Assembly: GCA_009886035.1 (NCBI GenBank)
Contig: VFJN01000022.1
Span: forward strand, 28,593 to 92,592
Origin: Actinomycetota bacterium
Lineage (GTDB): Bacteria; Actinomycetota; Acidimicrobiia; Acidimicrobiales; VFJN01
DNA: 64,000 bases
Direction of reading: 5' to 3'
A program made the translations under genes and the position numbers. Positions 30,631 to 40,507 of this stretch are shown in pieces. Under the pieces are notes generated by a model that was not told where the DNA came from, did not search any database, and saw nothing but the letters and a program-made list of their open reading frames with translations. Position 1 is the first letter of the stretch. Each line of letters starts with the position of its first letter.

Positions 30631-32178
30631 TCAACGATCGAGGTAGATCCACGCCGCCTTGAGATAGGGGGGATCGCCAGGACCGCTGCGATGGTCAAGC
30701 GGCACCGTGCGGGTGGCGATGCTCCCGAGGCGACCAGCCGCCGCCACCCCCGCCTCCACCTGATCGAGGAAGGTCGGCCAGGTCATGCGGTGGAGATTGG
30801 TCGATACGTAGAGCATCCCGTGAGGTTTGGTCACCCGCGTGGCTCGCGTCACCAGCGTGTGGAGGTCGCGATCGAGGACCCAGCGGCTCCCCCCCTTTTT
30901 TCGCGCCGTGCTGGAACTTGGTGGGTCAACCAAGACCATGTCGAAGGTGCGGCGTTTCTTGGCGAAGCGGTCGAGCCAATCAGCGACGTCGCCGTAGATG
31001 GCGTCGTGGTCCGCGGGGTCGATGCCGTTGGCCGCCAGATTGTCGGCCGCCCATTCGAGGTAGTGGGGGCTGAGGTCCAGCGTGAGGGTGTGGGCACCGG
31101 CAGCGGCGGCGGCCACCGAGAGCGAGCCGGTGTGGGCGAAGGTGTTGAGCACGGTTTGGCCGGTGAGGTCCATGGCGAGGAGTTCCCGGCGGGTCTCCCG
31201 CTGGTCGAGGAAGAGCCCACTGGAGGTGGCGCTGGTGGTGAGGTCGATGAGATAGCGCATCCCGAGTTCAGATACCTCGAAGCGATCATTGCGGGGGCCT
31301 CTCACCACCTGGGCGGGACCGGCCCCCCCACCGCGGGGCTTGGGCTGTTCGTAGATGCTCGTGAGCGGCAGAGTGGCCCCCCACGCGTCGAGCCAGGCGG
31401 CGGGCAGGGCCTCATCGCCGTAACGCAGGACGAGGGCGACATCGCCGAGGCGCTCCACCCGGGTAGCCGGGAAGCCGTCGTGGTGACGGTCGATCCACAG
31501 GTAGGCGTTGGTGTCGGCCGGATCAAAGAGCAAGGCCCGGGCTTCGTGGGCCACGAGGGCGGCGAGCGACGCGTCGTCGCCGGTGCCCGCCAGGGCGAGG
31601 GTGAAGCTCTCCGGACGATCACTGGCGATGGTCAGGTCGCCCGCGACCGGGTGGCGTGCTCCGATGGCGGCGGCGTGGAGGAAGAGGCGGGGGGCGGGGG
31701 AACCGTGGTGCTCGTCGTCGCCCAGAATCGGGATGCCGGCTTCCATGGCGTGCACCCGCACTTGGTGGGTGCGACCGGTGTGGGGGTGAGCCGACCAGCG
31801 CTCGAGGGCATCCCCGGTGGCTTCGTGGCGCAGGTCGGTCTGGGCGGCCGCACCGTCGATGGGACGGCGAGAGATGATCGACTGCGGGCGGTGATCATCG
31901 CGGGCGATGAGCAGTTCGTAGCGCTTGGTTACCGACCGGTCGGTGAACTGTGCGGTGAGGGAGCGGTTGGCCAGGGGGGTTTTTCCGAAGAGCAGCACCC
32001 CCGAGGTGCCCTTGTCGAGCCGGTGCAACACCGACAGGGCCTCCTTGGGTCGTTGCCGTTGGACCCACTCATACATGCCGTCTTGCGCGTGGGTATCGGC
32101 CCGGTGGGTGTTCACCCCCGCCGGTTTGGCCACCGCCAGCACTTGCTCGTCCTCGAAACGTATCCACGGGTCGGGCAC
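30631..32178 (-). CDS. fusion protein: RluA-family pseudouridine synthase (N-terminal) plus RlmI-like class I SAM-dependent methyltransferase (C-terminal)
   Basis: N-terminal [13 protein letters not shown] and [10 protein letters not shown]-terminal [20 protein letters not shown] (SAM motif I) and VLVDPPS (motif IV). One uninterrupted 515-aa ORF. Confidence 0.75.
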   Translation of the reverse strand: MPDPWIRFEDEQVLAVAKPAGVNTHRADTHAQDGMYEWVQRQRPKEALSVLHRLDKGTSGVLLFGKTPLANRSLTAQFTDRSVTKRYELLIARDDHRPQSIISRRPIDGAAAQTDLRHEATGDALERWSAHPHTGRTHQVRVHAMEAGIPILGDDEHHGSPAPRLFLHAAAIGARHPVAGDLTIASDRPESFTLALAGTGDDASLAALVAHEARALLFDPADTNAYLWIDRHHDGFPATRVERLGDVALVLRYGDEALPAAWLDAWGATLPLTSIYEQPKPRGGGAGPAQVVRGPRNDRFEVSELGMRYLIDLTTSATSSGLFLDQRETRRELLAMDLTGQTVLNTFAHTGSLSVAAAAAGAHTLTLDLSPHYLEWAADNLAANGIDPADHDAIYGDVADWLDRFAKKRRTFDMVLVDPPSSSTARKKGGSRWVLDRDLHTLVTRATRVTKPHGMLYVSTNLHRMTWPTFLDQVEAGVAAAGRLGSIATRTVPLDHRSGPGDPPYLKAAWIYLDR

Positions 32179-32286
32179 CGCCGTAGCCTAGGAACCCTGC
32201 GACCGGTTCCGTGGTTGTTGCCGGCCACCCGGTGGCGTGCGGGAACCCCAAAACGGGTTTCGATCTCCGCCTCGGTGGCCCGTACG

Positions 32287-32649
32287 ATGCGACCTATGCC
32301 TGCCGCCACCCCGATCGCTGTCACCGACGACCAACTCTCTCGGGTGAAATACGATGCCGATGGCCTTGTCCCGGCCATTGTTCAGGAGCAGGGCACCGGC
32401 GACGTGCTGATGATGGCCTGGATGAACGCCGAGACCCTCCGTCAGAGCCTGGCCGAGGGGCGCACGGTGTTCTGGTCCCGCAGCCGACAGGAGGTGTGGC
32501 GCAAGGGTGACACCTCCGGCGACCGACAGTTCGTGCGCCATGCCTCCTACGATTGCGATGGCGACACGCTCCTGTTCGTGGTGGAGCAAGAGGGCAACGG
32601 CGCCTGCCACACCGGCGAGCGCTCCTGTTTCTACCGAGCGTTCGGGTGA
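32287..32649 (+). CDS. hisI: phosphoribosyl-AMP cyclohydrolase
   Basis: 3' portion of track ORF 30691..32649. Motifs [23 protein letters not shown] and DCDGDTLL...GNGACHTG. An alternative start is at 32296. Confidence 0.85.
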   Translation: MRPMPAATPIAVTDDQLSRVKYDADGLVPAIVQEQGTGDVLMMAWMNAETLRQSLAEGRTVFWSRSRQEVWRKGDTSGDRQFVRHASYDCDGDTLLFVVEQEGNGACHTGERSCFYRAFG

Positions 32650-34187
32650 CGCTGCGTCCGTCGCGCGAGGAGTTTCGCGCCTTGGCCCGCCAGCACACGG
32701 TGATCCCCGTGTGGCGCGAGGTGCTGGCCGATCTCTCCACCCCGGTTTCGGCCTTTCTGCGACTGGTGGGCGACGAGCCAGGGTTCTTGCTGGAGTCGGT
32801 GGAGCACGGTGAGCGGTGGAGCCGCTGGAGTTTCATCGGGCGTAATCCGCTCGCCACCCTCGTGGCTCGCGGGCGCTCGGTGGCCATCACCGGCACCTTG
32901 CCCGATGGGGTTCCGGTAGATCAGGGCATTCTCGCCGCCATCGACCACATCCTGTCCGCGTGGAAAGCCCCCACCCTGGTCGACCTCCCGCCCCTGCACG
33001 GCGGCATCATGGGGTACCTCGGCTACGACGTGGTGCGCGAGGTGGAGCGATTGCCCGACGGGCCGACCGACGACCTGGGCTACCCCGACGCAATGGTGTC
33101 GGTCATCGGGCAGTTGGCCGCTTATGACCACTGGCGTCAGCGGGTGCACCTGATTGAGAACGTGATCGTGGAACCGGGCCTGGAGGCGGGCGAACTGGAC
33201 GCCCGCTACGACGCGGCGGTCGCTCGGATCGATGCACTCGGTCGCGATGGTGCCCGTTTCATCAAAGAACCACTCGTGGAGCCCCCCGATCCGCAGGACC
33301 CGCTGCCCGAGGTGCGCTCGAGTATGGGCTCCGATGGCTATCGCCAAGCGGTGGTGGTGGCCAAGGAGCACATCGCGGCCGGCGACGTGTTCCAGGTGGT
33401 GCTGGCCCAGCGCTTCGACCTCCACCTCGACGCCGATCCGTTCGATGTCTACCGGGTCCTCCGCCAGGTGAACCCGAGTCCGTACATGTATTTCCTCCGT
33501 CAGCCGGGGGTGACGATCGTGGGCTCCTCACCCGAGCCGCTGGTAAAATTGCTCGATGGCACGGTGATCTCCCGTCCTATTGCCGGCACCCGTCGCCGGG
33601 GCCGCACCGACGATGAAGACCGTCGCTTGGGCGCCGAACTCAAGGAGCATCCCAAAGAGGTGGCCGAGCACATCATGCTCATCGATCTGGCCCGCAACGA
33701 TGTGGGCCGGGTGGTGGAGTTCGGCACCGAGCAGGTGGACGAGATGATGACGTTGGAGCGCTACAGCCACGTGATGCACATGACCTCGCAGGTGTCGGGG
33801 AAACTCAAGGAGGGCTGTACCGCCATCGACGTGCTGCGCGCCACCATCCCGGCCGGCACCGTGTCGGGGGCGCCCAAGGTGCGCGCCATGGAGATCATCG
33901 ACGCGCTCGAGCCCACCAAGCGAGGGCCCTACGCGGGGGTAGTGGGCTACCTCGACTTTTCCGGCAACATCGACACGGCCATCGCCATTCGGACCATGGT
34001 GGTGGGCGACGACGGCCGAGCATCGGTTCAGGCGGGCGCGGGCATCGTGGCCGACAGCGTCCCCGAGGAGGAGGACCTCGAGTGTCGGAATAAGGCCCAG
34101 GCCCTGCTCGCCGCCATTCCGGCGGCCCGGCGAATGACCATCCAGCGCCGGGCCCATGCCGTTTCTGCGCCGCCGCCGCCCCGATAG
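32646..34187 (+). CDS. trpE: anthranilate synthase component I
   Basis: GTG at 32646 overlaps the hisI stop (GTGA). LESVE, the chorismate-binding C-terminus [11 protein letters not shown] and GIVADS. Confidence 0.9.
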   Translation: MTLRPSREEFRALARQHTVIPVWREVLADLSTPVSAFLRLVGDEPGFLLESVEHGERWSRWSFIGRNPLATLVARGRSVAITGTLPDGVPVDQGILAAIDHILSAWKAPTLVDLPPLHGGIMGYLGYDVVREVERLPDGPTDDLGYPDAMVSVIGQLAAYDHWRQRVHLIENVIVEPGLEAGELDARYDAAVARIDALGRDGARFIKEPLVEPPDPQDPLPEVRSSMGSDGYRQAVVVAKEHIAAGDVFQVVLAQRFDLHLDADPFDVYRVLRQVNPSPYMYFLRQPGVTIVGSSPEPLVKLLDGTVISRPIAGTRRRGRTDDEDRRLGAELKEHPKEVAEHIMLIDLARNDVGRVVEFGTEQVDEMMTLERYSHVMHMTSQVSGKLKEGCTAIDVLRATIPAGTVSGAPKVRAMEIIDALEPTKRGPYAGVVGYLDFSGNIDTAIAIRTMVVGDDGRASVQAGAGIVADSVPEEEDLECRNKAQALLAAIPAARRMTIQRRAHAVSAPPPPR

Positions 34188-34197
34188 CATCTCGCCC

Positions 34198-35040
34198 ATG
34201 GGCGACGTCGATTTACACGCCACGCTCGGGGTGGCTCCGGTGGAGCGAGACGTGATTCGGGTCCACGGTCCCGAGGCCATCGGGTTCCTGCAGGGTCAGC
34301 TGAGCCAGGAGATCGATGGTCTCCCGGTCGGGGTCAGCGTCCCCACGTTGCTGCTCCAACCCACCGGCAAGGTGGAGGCATGGCTGCGGGCCACCCGGAT
34401 CGACGACGACGTCGTGCTGCTCGATGTGGAGGCGGGCTTTGGGGCGGCGGTTTTGGCCCGATTGCGGCGTTTCAAACTCCGCACCAAGGCGGACTTGGAT
34501 CTGGAGACGTGGACGGGCTGGGCGGTGCGCGGTCCCGGCGCCTCCGGTGCGGGCTGGGCGGCGGCCTGGCCGGGGGTGGAGGGCTACGACCTGCTCACCT
34601 CCGGGGGTGCCTCCCCGCCGTCGGGGCCAGTGGTGACCACGGGTGTTCTCGAGGCGCTGCGGATCGAGTGCGGGGTGCCGGCGATGGGCGCTGAACTGAC
34701 CAGCGATACGATTCCGGCCGAGGCTGGGCAGTGGCTTATCGACGCCTCGGTGAGTTTTACCAAGGGCTGTTACACCGGTCAGGAACTGGTGGCTCGTATC
34801 GACAGTCGCGGGGGCAACGTGCCCCGGCCGTTGCGGGGGCTGCGTATCGATGCCCTCGAGGCCAGCATCGGTGCCCCGGTGAGGGCGGGGGATGCCGTGG
34901 TGGGGGCGATCACGTCGGTGGCCCACTCCGCCGCGCTCGGCATGATCGCCCTCGCGCCGCTCCCGCGTGCGGTTGAGGTGGGAGCGGTGGTGGCCGTGGG
35001 TGACGCGTCCGCCACCGTCACCCTTCTCCCGATGCGCTGA
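34198..35040 (+). CDS. ygfZ: YgfZ/GcvT-like folate-binding protein
   Basis: The KGCYTGQE signature and a GcvT-like N-terminus (GPEAIGFLQGQLS). Confidence 0.75.
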   Translation: MGDVDLHATLGVAPVERDVIRVHGPEAIGFLQGQLSQEIDGLPVGVSVPTLLLQPTGKVEAWLRATRIDDDVVLLDVEAGFGAAVLARLRRFKLRTKADLDLETWTGWAVRGPGASGAGWAAAWPGVEGYDLLTSGGASPPSGPVVTTGVLEALRIECGVPAMGAELTSDTIPAEAGQWLIDASVSFTKGCYTGQELVARIDSRGGNVPRPLRGLRIDALEASIGAPVRAGDAVVGAITSVAHSAALGMIALAPLPRAVEVGAVVAVGDASATVTLLPMR

Positions 35041-35043
35041 GGG

Positions 35044-35532
35044 TTGGTGAACCACTACGAGGTGCTCGGGGTGGCCCCATCGGCGCCGGTAGCGGAGGTG
35101 CGCTCCGCCTATATCCACCAGTCCCGGCGTCATCACCCCGATCGCGGCGGCGACCCGGGCGCGATGCGGGCGGTCAACGATGCGTGGGCGGCGTTGAGCG
35201 ATCCGGGACGACGGGCACAGTACGACCGGGCTATCGGGGCGTCGGCGCCGGTGGCCGAAGCGGTCCAACCCCCTGTCCGCAGCGAGGAGGAGGATCTGCT
35301 GGCCGACTTGGCCGACGACGGTCCCATCGGCGGCACCGTCCGTTTGCCGCGTTGGATGGCGTTGCTGCCGGTGGCGTTGTTTGTGTCGTCACTGGTGGTC
35401 GGTCTGCTCGGCCTGTTCTTCATGGCCTCGGCCCTGATCGCCGTGGCGGTGTTGGCGTTCCTGTTGTCCTGCATGCTGTTCCTGGTGTCGCCCTTCATCG
35501 CCCTCTACGCGTCCCGGCGCACGACCCGGTAG
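35044..35532 (+). CDS. J-domain (DnaJ-like) membrane protein
   Basis: YEVLGV...HHPDRGG (HPD motif) followed by two C-terminal hydrophobic helices. Start is TTG 35044 or GTG 35047. Confidence 0.7.
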   Translation: MVNHYEVLGVAPSAPVAEVRSAYIHQSRRHHPDRGGDPGAMRAVNDAWAALSDPGRRAQYDRAIGASAPVAEAVQPPVRSEEEDLLADLADDGPIGGTVRLPRWMALLPVALFVSSLVVGLLGLFFMASALIAVAVLAFLLSCMLFLVSPFIALYASRRTTR

Positions 35533-35545
35533 GTTCGGCTGGGCC

Positions 35546-36334
35546 ATGAGTACCTATCTCGATCGCATCCTGGCGGGGCATCGGGCCGCCGCGGCCGCTG
35601 ACCTTCGGCCCCTCGAAGCCCTCCTCGAGGAGGCTCGGGGCTGCGATCCGACCCGTCCCTTCGAGGCTGCGTTGGCGTTCACCGGGGAACGGCAACTGGC
35701 GGTTATCGCCGAGGTGAAGCGACGTTCGCCCTCGCGGGGCGATCTGGCGGTGGATCTCGACGCGGCCGAAGTGGCCGTGGCTTACGACCGCGGTGGTGCC
35801 ACTTGTTTGTCGGTGCTCACCGATACGGAGTTCTTCGGCGGGTCGGTGGCTGATCTCCAAGCGGCGCGATCGGCGGTTGATCTCCCGGTACTTCGGAAAG
35901 ATTTCACCGTGGCGGCCCGGGATGTGGCCGATGCCCGACTCATGGGCGCCGATGCCCTCTTGTTGATCGTGGCGGCCCTCGACGACGCCGAATTGGCTGA
36001 TCTGCATGGGCTGGGACGGGACCTGGGCCTGGATGTGCTGGTCGAGGTGCACGATGAGGCGGAACTGGAACGTGCTCTGGCGGTGGGGGCCACCATGATT
36101 GGGGTGAACCAACGTGATCTGGCCACCTTCGCCGTGGATACCGAACGCGCCGTGCGCGTGGCCCAGATGATGCCGGAGGGCATTGTGCGGGTAGCCGAGT
36201 CGGGGATCACCGGTACCGACGATGCCCTGGTGCTGGCGGCGGCGGGCTTTCATGCCGTGCTGGTGGGTGAGTCGGTGGTGACCAGTGGCGACCGCTCCGG
36301 GTCAGTCACTCGCCTCCGGGTGCGCCGTCGCTAG
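35546..36334 (+). CDS. trpC: indole-3-glycerol phosphate synthase
   Basis: IAEVKRRSPS, LSVLTD, LRKDF and IGVNQRDL motifs. Confidence 0.9.
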   Translation: MSTYLDRILAGHRAAAAADLRPLEALLEEARGCDPTRPFEAALAFTGERQLAVIAEVKRRSPSRGDLAVDLDAAEVAVAYDRGGATCLSVLTDTEFFGGSVADLQAARSAVDLPVLRKDFTVAARDVADARLMGADALLLIVAALDDAELADLHGLGRDLGLDVLVEVHDEAELERALAVGATMIGVNQRDLATFAVDTERAVRVAQMMPEGIVRVAESGITGTDDALVLAAAGFHAVLVGESVVTSGDRSGSVTRLRVRRR

Positions 36335-36343
36335 TCTCGTGAT

Positions 36344-37006
36344 GTGTTTGTAAAGATCTGTGGGATCACCAGTGAGGAAGATGCACTGCTGGCGGTAGCC
36401 ATGGGCGCGGATGCCGTGGGCTTCACTTTCGTACCATCGTCGTCACGGTTTCTGGCCGTGGGCCGGGCTGCTGATATCGCCAAGCGGCTCCCCGCCGAAA
36501 TCCTCACCGTGGGCGTCTTTCGCAACGAGACCCGTGAGCGCGTGGTGGAACTCACGAACCAGGCGGGCTTGCGGGCTGCCCAACTGCACGGTCACGAGAG
36601 TGCGGAGGACACCCGGTGGGTGCGCCAACGCCTGCCACTGGTGATCAAGGCGTTCCCCGGGGGGGATCCCGCCTTGAGCCGGTCGGTGGCCTACGGAGCC
36701 GACGTCGTCCTGCTGGACTCCGCCAGTCCAGGTTCCGGTCAGGTATTCGATTGGTCCTTGGCCGAGGGTGCACCCTCGGGTGTCCGGTTGCTCCTCGCCG
36801 GGGGACTCACACCCGACAACGTGGCGACCGCTATCGGGCGAGTGCACCCGTGGGGAGTGGACGTTGCGTCGGGGGTGGAGTCCGCTCCCGGCGTGAAGGA
36901 CCCGTCGTTGATGCGTCGATTTATCAGTGCTGCCACCGGCGCCGAACCCGCCGCCTACGAAAGCGAAGCGCCCGACCGACCCTTCGACTGGATGCTCGAC
37001 GACTAG
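36344..37006 (+). CDS. trpF: phosphoribosylanthranilate isomerase
   Basis: GTG start. VKICGIT N-terminus, QLHG and [10 protein letters not shown] motifs. Confidence 0.85.
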   Translation: MFVKICGITSEEDALLAVAMGADAVGFTFVPSSSRFLAVGRAADIAKRLPAEILTVGVFRNETRERVVELTNQAGLRAAQLHGHESAEDTRWVRQRLPLVIKAFPGGDPALSRSVAYGADVVLLDSASPGSGQVFDWSLAEGAPSGVRLLLAGGLTPDNVATAIGRVHPWGVDVASGVESAPGVKDPSLMRRFISAATGAEPAAYESEAPDRPFDWMLDD

Positions 37007-37146
37007 TTGAGTGGTCGCCCCGGGGGGGCGGCCTTTCCCCGGGACGACCGCGGCGGGCGGCGGGGACCGGGTGCGGGGAGGGAATCGACTGGCGCGTCGC
37101 GGTGCTCTCGGTCGATCCTGGGAGGGTGAGCGACATAGCACCTGTC

Positions 37147-38313
37147 ATGGGAGATCCCGGGGCCACCGGTCGGTTTGGCGACTTCGGGGGCCGGTACATC
37201 CCGGAAACGTTGATTCCGGCCTGCGCGGAACTGGATAGAGCGTTCCGGTCGGCCTGGGTGGATCCCCTGTTCCGGGCTGAACTCGATGGCTTGCTCACCA
37301 ACTATGCCGGGCGCCCGTCTCTGCTCTACGAAGCGAAGCGGCTTTCGGCGGTGATCGGCTGCACGTTGTTGCTCAAGCGAGAGGATCTCAACCACACCGG
37401 CTCGCACAAGATCAACAACGTCCTGGGTCAGGCCTTGCTCGCCCAGCGGATGGGTAAGCCGCGAGTGATCGCGGAGACTGGAGCCGGCCAGCACGGCGTG
37501 GCGAGTGCCACCGCGGCGGCGCTCATGGGTTTGGAGTGCGTCGTCTACATGGGCGAGGTGGACATGGAGCGCCAGGCGCTCAACGTGTTTCGCATGCGTC
37601 TGCTCGGCGCCGAGGTGCGGCCGGCGCTCTCCGGTAGCCGCACCCTGAAGGATGCCATCAACGAAGCCATGCGCGACTGGGTGGCCAGCGTGGAGACGAG
37701 TCACTACTTGCTCGGATCGGTGATGGGCCCGCATCCGTATCCGTGGATGGTGCGCGAGTTGCATCGGGTGATCGGCGACGAGGCTCGCGAACAGTGCCGA
37801 GCGCTTCTCGGTCGTGATCCCGACGTCGTGACCGCCTGTGTAGGAGGCGGCTCGAATGCCCTCGGACTGTTCTCTGGTTTTGCCGAACTCCCGGCCGTGG
37901 AGATGGTGGGGGTGGAGCCCGATGGGGGCGCGGCGGTAGGTCGGGGTGTCCCGGGGATTGTGCACGGCTCGAAGTCCTACCTCCTCCAGGATGAGTACGG
38001 GCAGGTGATGGAGGCCCAGTCGATCTCGGCCGGTCTGGACTACCCCGGCATCGGTCCGGAGCACGCCCACCTCGATGCCAGCGGGCGGGCCCGGTACGAG
38101 AAGGTCACGGACGCGGAGGTCCTCAACGCCTTTCAGGTGTTGTCTCGCACCGAGGGCATCATCCCTGCCCTCGAGCCTGCTCATGCCCTCGCCTGGGTGC
38201 TGCGGGCCAAGGAGGAGTTGGCGGGGAAGGTGGTGTTGCTCAACCTGTCGGGCCGGGGCGACAAGGACGTGGCCCAAGTGGCGGAGATTTTGGACCGGAA
38301 ATCCGATGGCTGA
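37147..38313 (+). CDS. trpB: tryptophan synthase beta subunit
   Basis: ATG at 37147 inside track ORF 36616..38313. [24 protein letters not shown] (PLP lysine) and GGGSNA motifs. Confidence 0.9.
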   Translation: MGDPGATGRFGDFGGRYIPETLIPACAELDRAFRSAWVDPLFRAELDGLLTNYAGRPSLLYEAKRLSAVIGCTLLLKREDLNHTGSHKINNVLGQALLAQRMGKPRVIAETGAGQHGVASATAAALMGLECVVYMGEVDMERQALNVFRMRLLGAEVRPALSGSRTLKDAINEAMRDWVASVETSHYLLGSVMGPHPYPWMVRELHRVIGDEAREQCRALLGRDPDVVTACVGGGSNALGLFSGFAELPAVEMVGVEPDGGAAVGRGVPGIVHGSKSYLLQDEYGQVMEAQSISAGLDYPGIGPEHAHLDASGRARYEKVTDAEVLNAFQVLSRTEGIIPALEPAHALAWVLRAKEELAGKVVLLNLSGRGDKDVAQVAEILDRKSDG

Positions 38314-39094
38314 CGTGGTGTCGTTGGACGCGCACCTGCGCACCCGGCGCGACGCGGGCCGAAAGCTCCTGGTTCCGTACATCACCGGAGGGCTCGGCCA
38401 CGACTGGGCGGAGGTAGTGCGGGCCTACGCCGATGCCGGGGCCGACGCGGTGGAGATCGGCATTCCCTTTTCGGATCCGGTCATGGACGGGCCCACGATT
38501 CAACAGGCCAGCGAAGTCGCTCTCGATCAGGGGGCCAACCTGCCCGGGATTTTGGAGGAGTTGCGGGGGATCGACGCCGGTGTGCCGCTGGTGGCGATGA
38601 CCTACGTCAACCTGGTGTTCCATATGGGGTACGCCCGCTTCGCCGCCGAGGCGGTGGCGGCCAATGTGAGCGCGGTGATCCTGCCCGATCTGCCCCTGGA
38701 GGAAGTGGGGGAGTGGGAGCCCTACGCCGTCGAGGCCGGACTGGCAACGGTACAGCTGGCGTCGCCGCTCACCGATGACGCGCGGTTGGCTCGGCTCTGC
38801 GCTCGATCACAGGGGTTTGTCTACGGCGTGAATCTGCTCGGGGTGACCGGCGCCCGTCAGGATCTCTCGGAGTCCTCGACCGTGCTCGCCGGGCGCCTCA
38901 AGGCCACCACCGATCTTCCCGTCATCATGGGTTTCGGCATCGGCACCGTCTCCCATGCCCGGGCCGCCACCGCGCAAGCCGATGGGGTGGTCGTGGCCTC
39001 GGCGCTGATGCGTCTCCGCCTTGATGGGGCCGGCCCGGAGGATCTGGGGGCGGCGGTCGCCGAACTGCGCGCCGGCCTCGACGAGCCCCGCTAG
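38306..39094 (+). CDS. trpA: tryptophan synthase alpha subunit
   Basis: ATG at 38306 overlaps the trpB 3' end. [17 protein letters not shown] and GFGI motifs. Confidence 0.9.
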   Translation: MADVVSLDAHLRTRRDAGRKLLVPYITGGLGHDWAEVVRAYADAGADAVEIGIPFSDPVMDGPTIQQASEVALDQGANLPGILEELRGIDAGVPLVAMTYVNLVFHMGYARFAAEAVAANVSAVILPDLPLEEVGEWEPYAVEAGLATVQLASPLTDDARLARLCARSQGFVYGVNLLGVTGARQDLSESSTVLAGRLKATTDLPVIMGFGIGTVSHARAATAQADGVVVASALMRLRLDGAGPEDLGAAVAELRAGLDEPR

Positions 39095-39762
39095 GCGACC
39101 GGGGGCCCTCCCGGGCGCGGGAGATGGGTGGCGAGGAACGCCAGGGTGCGGTCCCAGGCGAGGGTGGCGGCAGCAAGGTTGTACTCCGGGCGGTCGGACT
39201 CGGCGAACCAGTGATCGACCCCGGGGTAACGATGGAACTCCACCGAAAGGCCGTCGAGGTGAAGTTCGGCTTCGAGGAGAGCGAGTTCGTCGTCGTCGAC
39301 GTACGGATCGCTCGGGAGGTAGTGGCCGAGGAAGGCGCTGGTGGCCTCGCCCATGTCGATGTCCTGGCTTCCGTAGTACACCGCGGTGGCCGCCACGGGA
39401 GCCGGTACCCGAGCGGCGAGCCACAGTGCCATCGAGGCCCCCATCGAATAGCCCACCAGCCCGACGCGCTCGCCGGTGGTCGCCGGCAGGTCGAGCAAGG
39501 TCTGGAGACTGGAGCGGGTGCGGTGAGCGAGCTCATTGGCGTCCACCGATCCCAGGTGGGCTTCGGCCTCGCTGATCGTCTCAGCGACCACGCCGTCGAA
39601 CAGATCGGGGGCCAGGGCCACGAAACCGGCGTCGGCGAGTTGGTCACACACCGCCCGTACTGCCGGGGTGAGGCCCCACCAGGCGTGGAGAACCAGGACA
39701 CCTGGTCCCTGATCATCATCGGGTAGCGCAAGGTAGCCGGTACCGGCTCGCCGGGGATCCAT
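39091..39762 (-). CDS. dienelactone hydrolase family protein
   Basis: VLVLHAWWGL, DLF and the nucleophile elbow GYSMGA. Its stop overlaps the trpA stop by 4 nt (convergent). Confidence 0.75.
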   Translation of the reverse strand: MDPRRAGTGYLALPDDDQGPGVLVLHAWWGLTPAVRAVCDQLADAGFVALAPDLFDGVVAETISEAEAHLGSVDANELAHRTRSSLQTLLDLPATTGERVGLVGYSMGASMALWLAARVPAPVAATAVYYGSQDIDMGEATSAFLGHYLPSDPYVDDDELALLEAELHLDGLSVEFHRYPGVDHWFAESDRPEYNLAAATLAWDRTLAFLATHLPRPGGPPVA

Positions 39763-39797
39763 GCGGGCACGGTAGCGGCGGCCGATAGGTTGACCCC

Positions 39798-40115
39798 ATG
39801 CCCGTAGGAGAGAAAGCCGATGAGTGCGATCTTTGTGAGGCCGCCAAGATCACCCGCTGGTTCCACGAAGACGACGTTTGCTGGATCGCCGAGTGCGAGA
39901 TCTGCGACACTCCGATGGTGGTTTGGCGCTGGCACGGAATCGACCCCTCGGGGGATGATCTGGCCCACATGCACGCCGAGTTGGCCCGGGTGAGTGCGTC
40001 GGTGTTCGACGACCACTACGTAGACGACAACATGCGCAACATCCCCGACCATTACCACGCCCACGCTCGGCCCACTGGGGGATTCTTCGGTCACGGTCAC
40101 CGCCGGGACCAGTAA
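39798..40115 (+). CDS. small Cys/His-rich protein, unknown function
   Basis: ECDLC ... CWIAECEIC Cys pairs and a His-rich tail (HYHAHARPTGGFFGHGHRR). The stop overlaps the glbO start (TAATG). Confidence 0.55.
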   Translation: MPVGEKADECDLCEAAKITRWFHEDDVCWIAECEICDTPMVVWRWHGIDPSGDDLAHMHAELARVSASVFDDHYVDDNMRNIPDHYHAHARPTGGFFGHGHRRDQ

Positions 40116-40507
40116 TGGGAGCCTCCGAGGTGACGATGTTCGAGGCGGTGGGAGGGGAGGGATTCTTTGTGGATCTGGTGGATCGTTTCTACCAACGGGT
40201 GACCTCCGACCTTCTGCTGCGACCGCTCTACCCGGATGACCTCACGGAGCCCAAGCGCCATCTGGTGCTGTTCCTGCAGCAGTACTGGGGTGGACCGACG
40301 ACCTACAGCGAGGAGCGCGGCCACCCTCGCCTGCGGGGTCGCCACATGCCGTTCGTCATCGGCGAGGCGGAGAGAGATTCCTGGCTCATCGCCATGACCG
40401 CAGCCCTTGACGCGGTGGTCACCGCCCGCGGGATCGCTCCGGAACGAGAGGCGGAGATGGTGGAGTATTTCGTGAACGCCGCCGATTTTCTCGTCAACGC
40501 TCGCTGA
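40115..40507 (+). CDS. glbO: group II truncated haemoglobin
   Basis: FYQRV..D..LRPLYP, FLQQYWGGPTTYSEERGHPRLRGRH and W..M motifs typical of trHbO. An alternative start is at 40136. Confidence 0.85.
   Translation: MGASEVTMFEAVGGEGFFVDLVDRFYQRVTSDLLLRPLYPDDLTEPKRHLVLFLQQYWGGPTTYSEERGHPRLRGRHMPFVIGEAERDSWLIAMTAALDAVVTARGIAPEREAEMVEYFVNAADFLVNAR

Noticed and set aside
30889-30901. C7T6 homopolymer run (A6G7 on the coding strand) inside the RluA-methyltransferase gene, considered as a slippage or phase-variation site.
   Set aside because: It encodes an in-frame R-K-K-G-G segment in an intact ORF. With a single sequence there is no evidence of length variation.
30691-32286. The 5' ~530 codons of the 652-aa plus-strand ORF, antisense to the RluA-methyltransferase gene.
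   Set aside because: Only the last ~120 codons (hisI) have recognisable motifs. The remainder is a Gly/Arg/Val-rich shadow of the well-supported minus-strand gene.
36616-37146. Upstream extension of the trpB ORF overlapping trpF, and the 140-nt G-rich trpF-trpB spacer with an imperfect CCCGGG-containing hairpin near 37013-37047.
   Set aside because: The extension has no TrpB similarity. The hairpin is imperfect (mismatched, no U-tract) and there is no leader peptide with Trp codons, so I do not call an attenuator.
37003-38385. 460-aa minus-strand ORF opposite trpB. The same applies to 25210..26415 opposite hisD.
   Set aside because: Both are antisense to strongly supported biosynthetic genes and have low-complexity composition.
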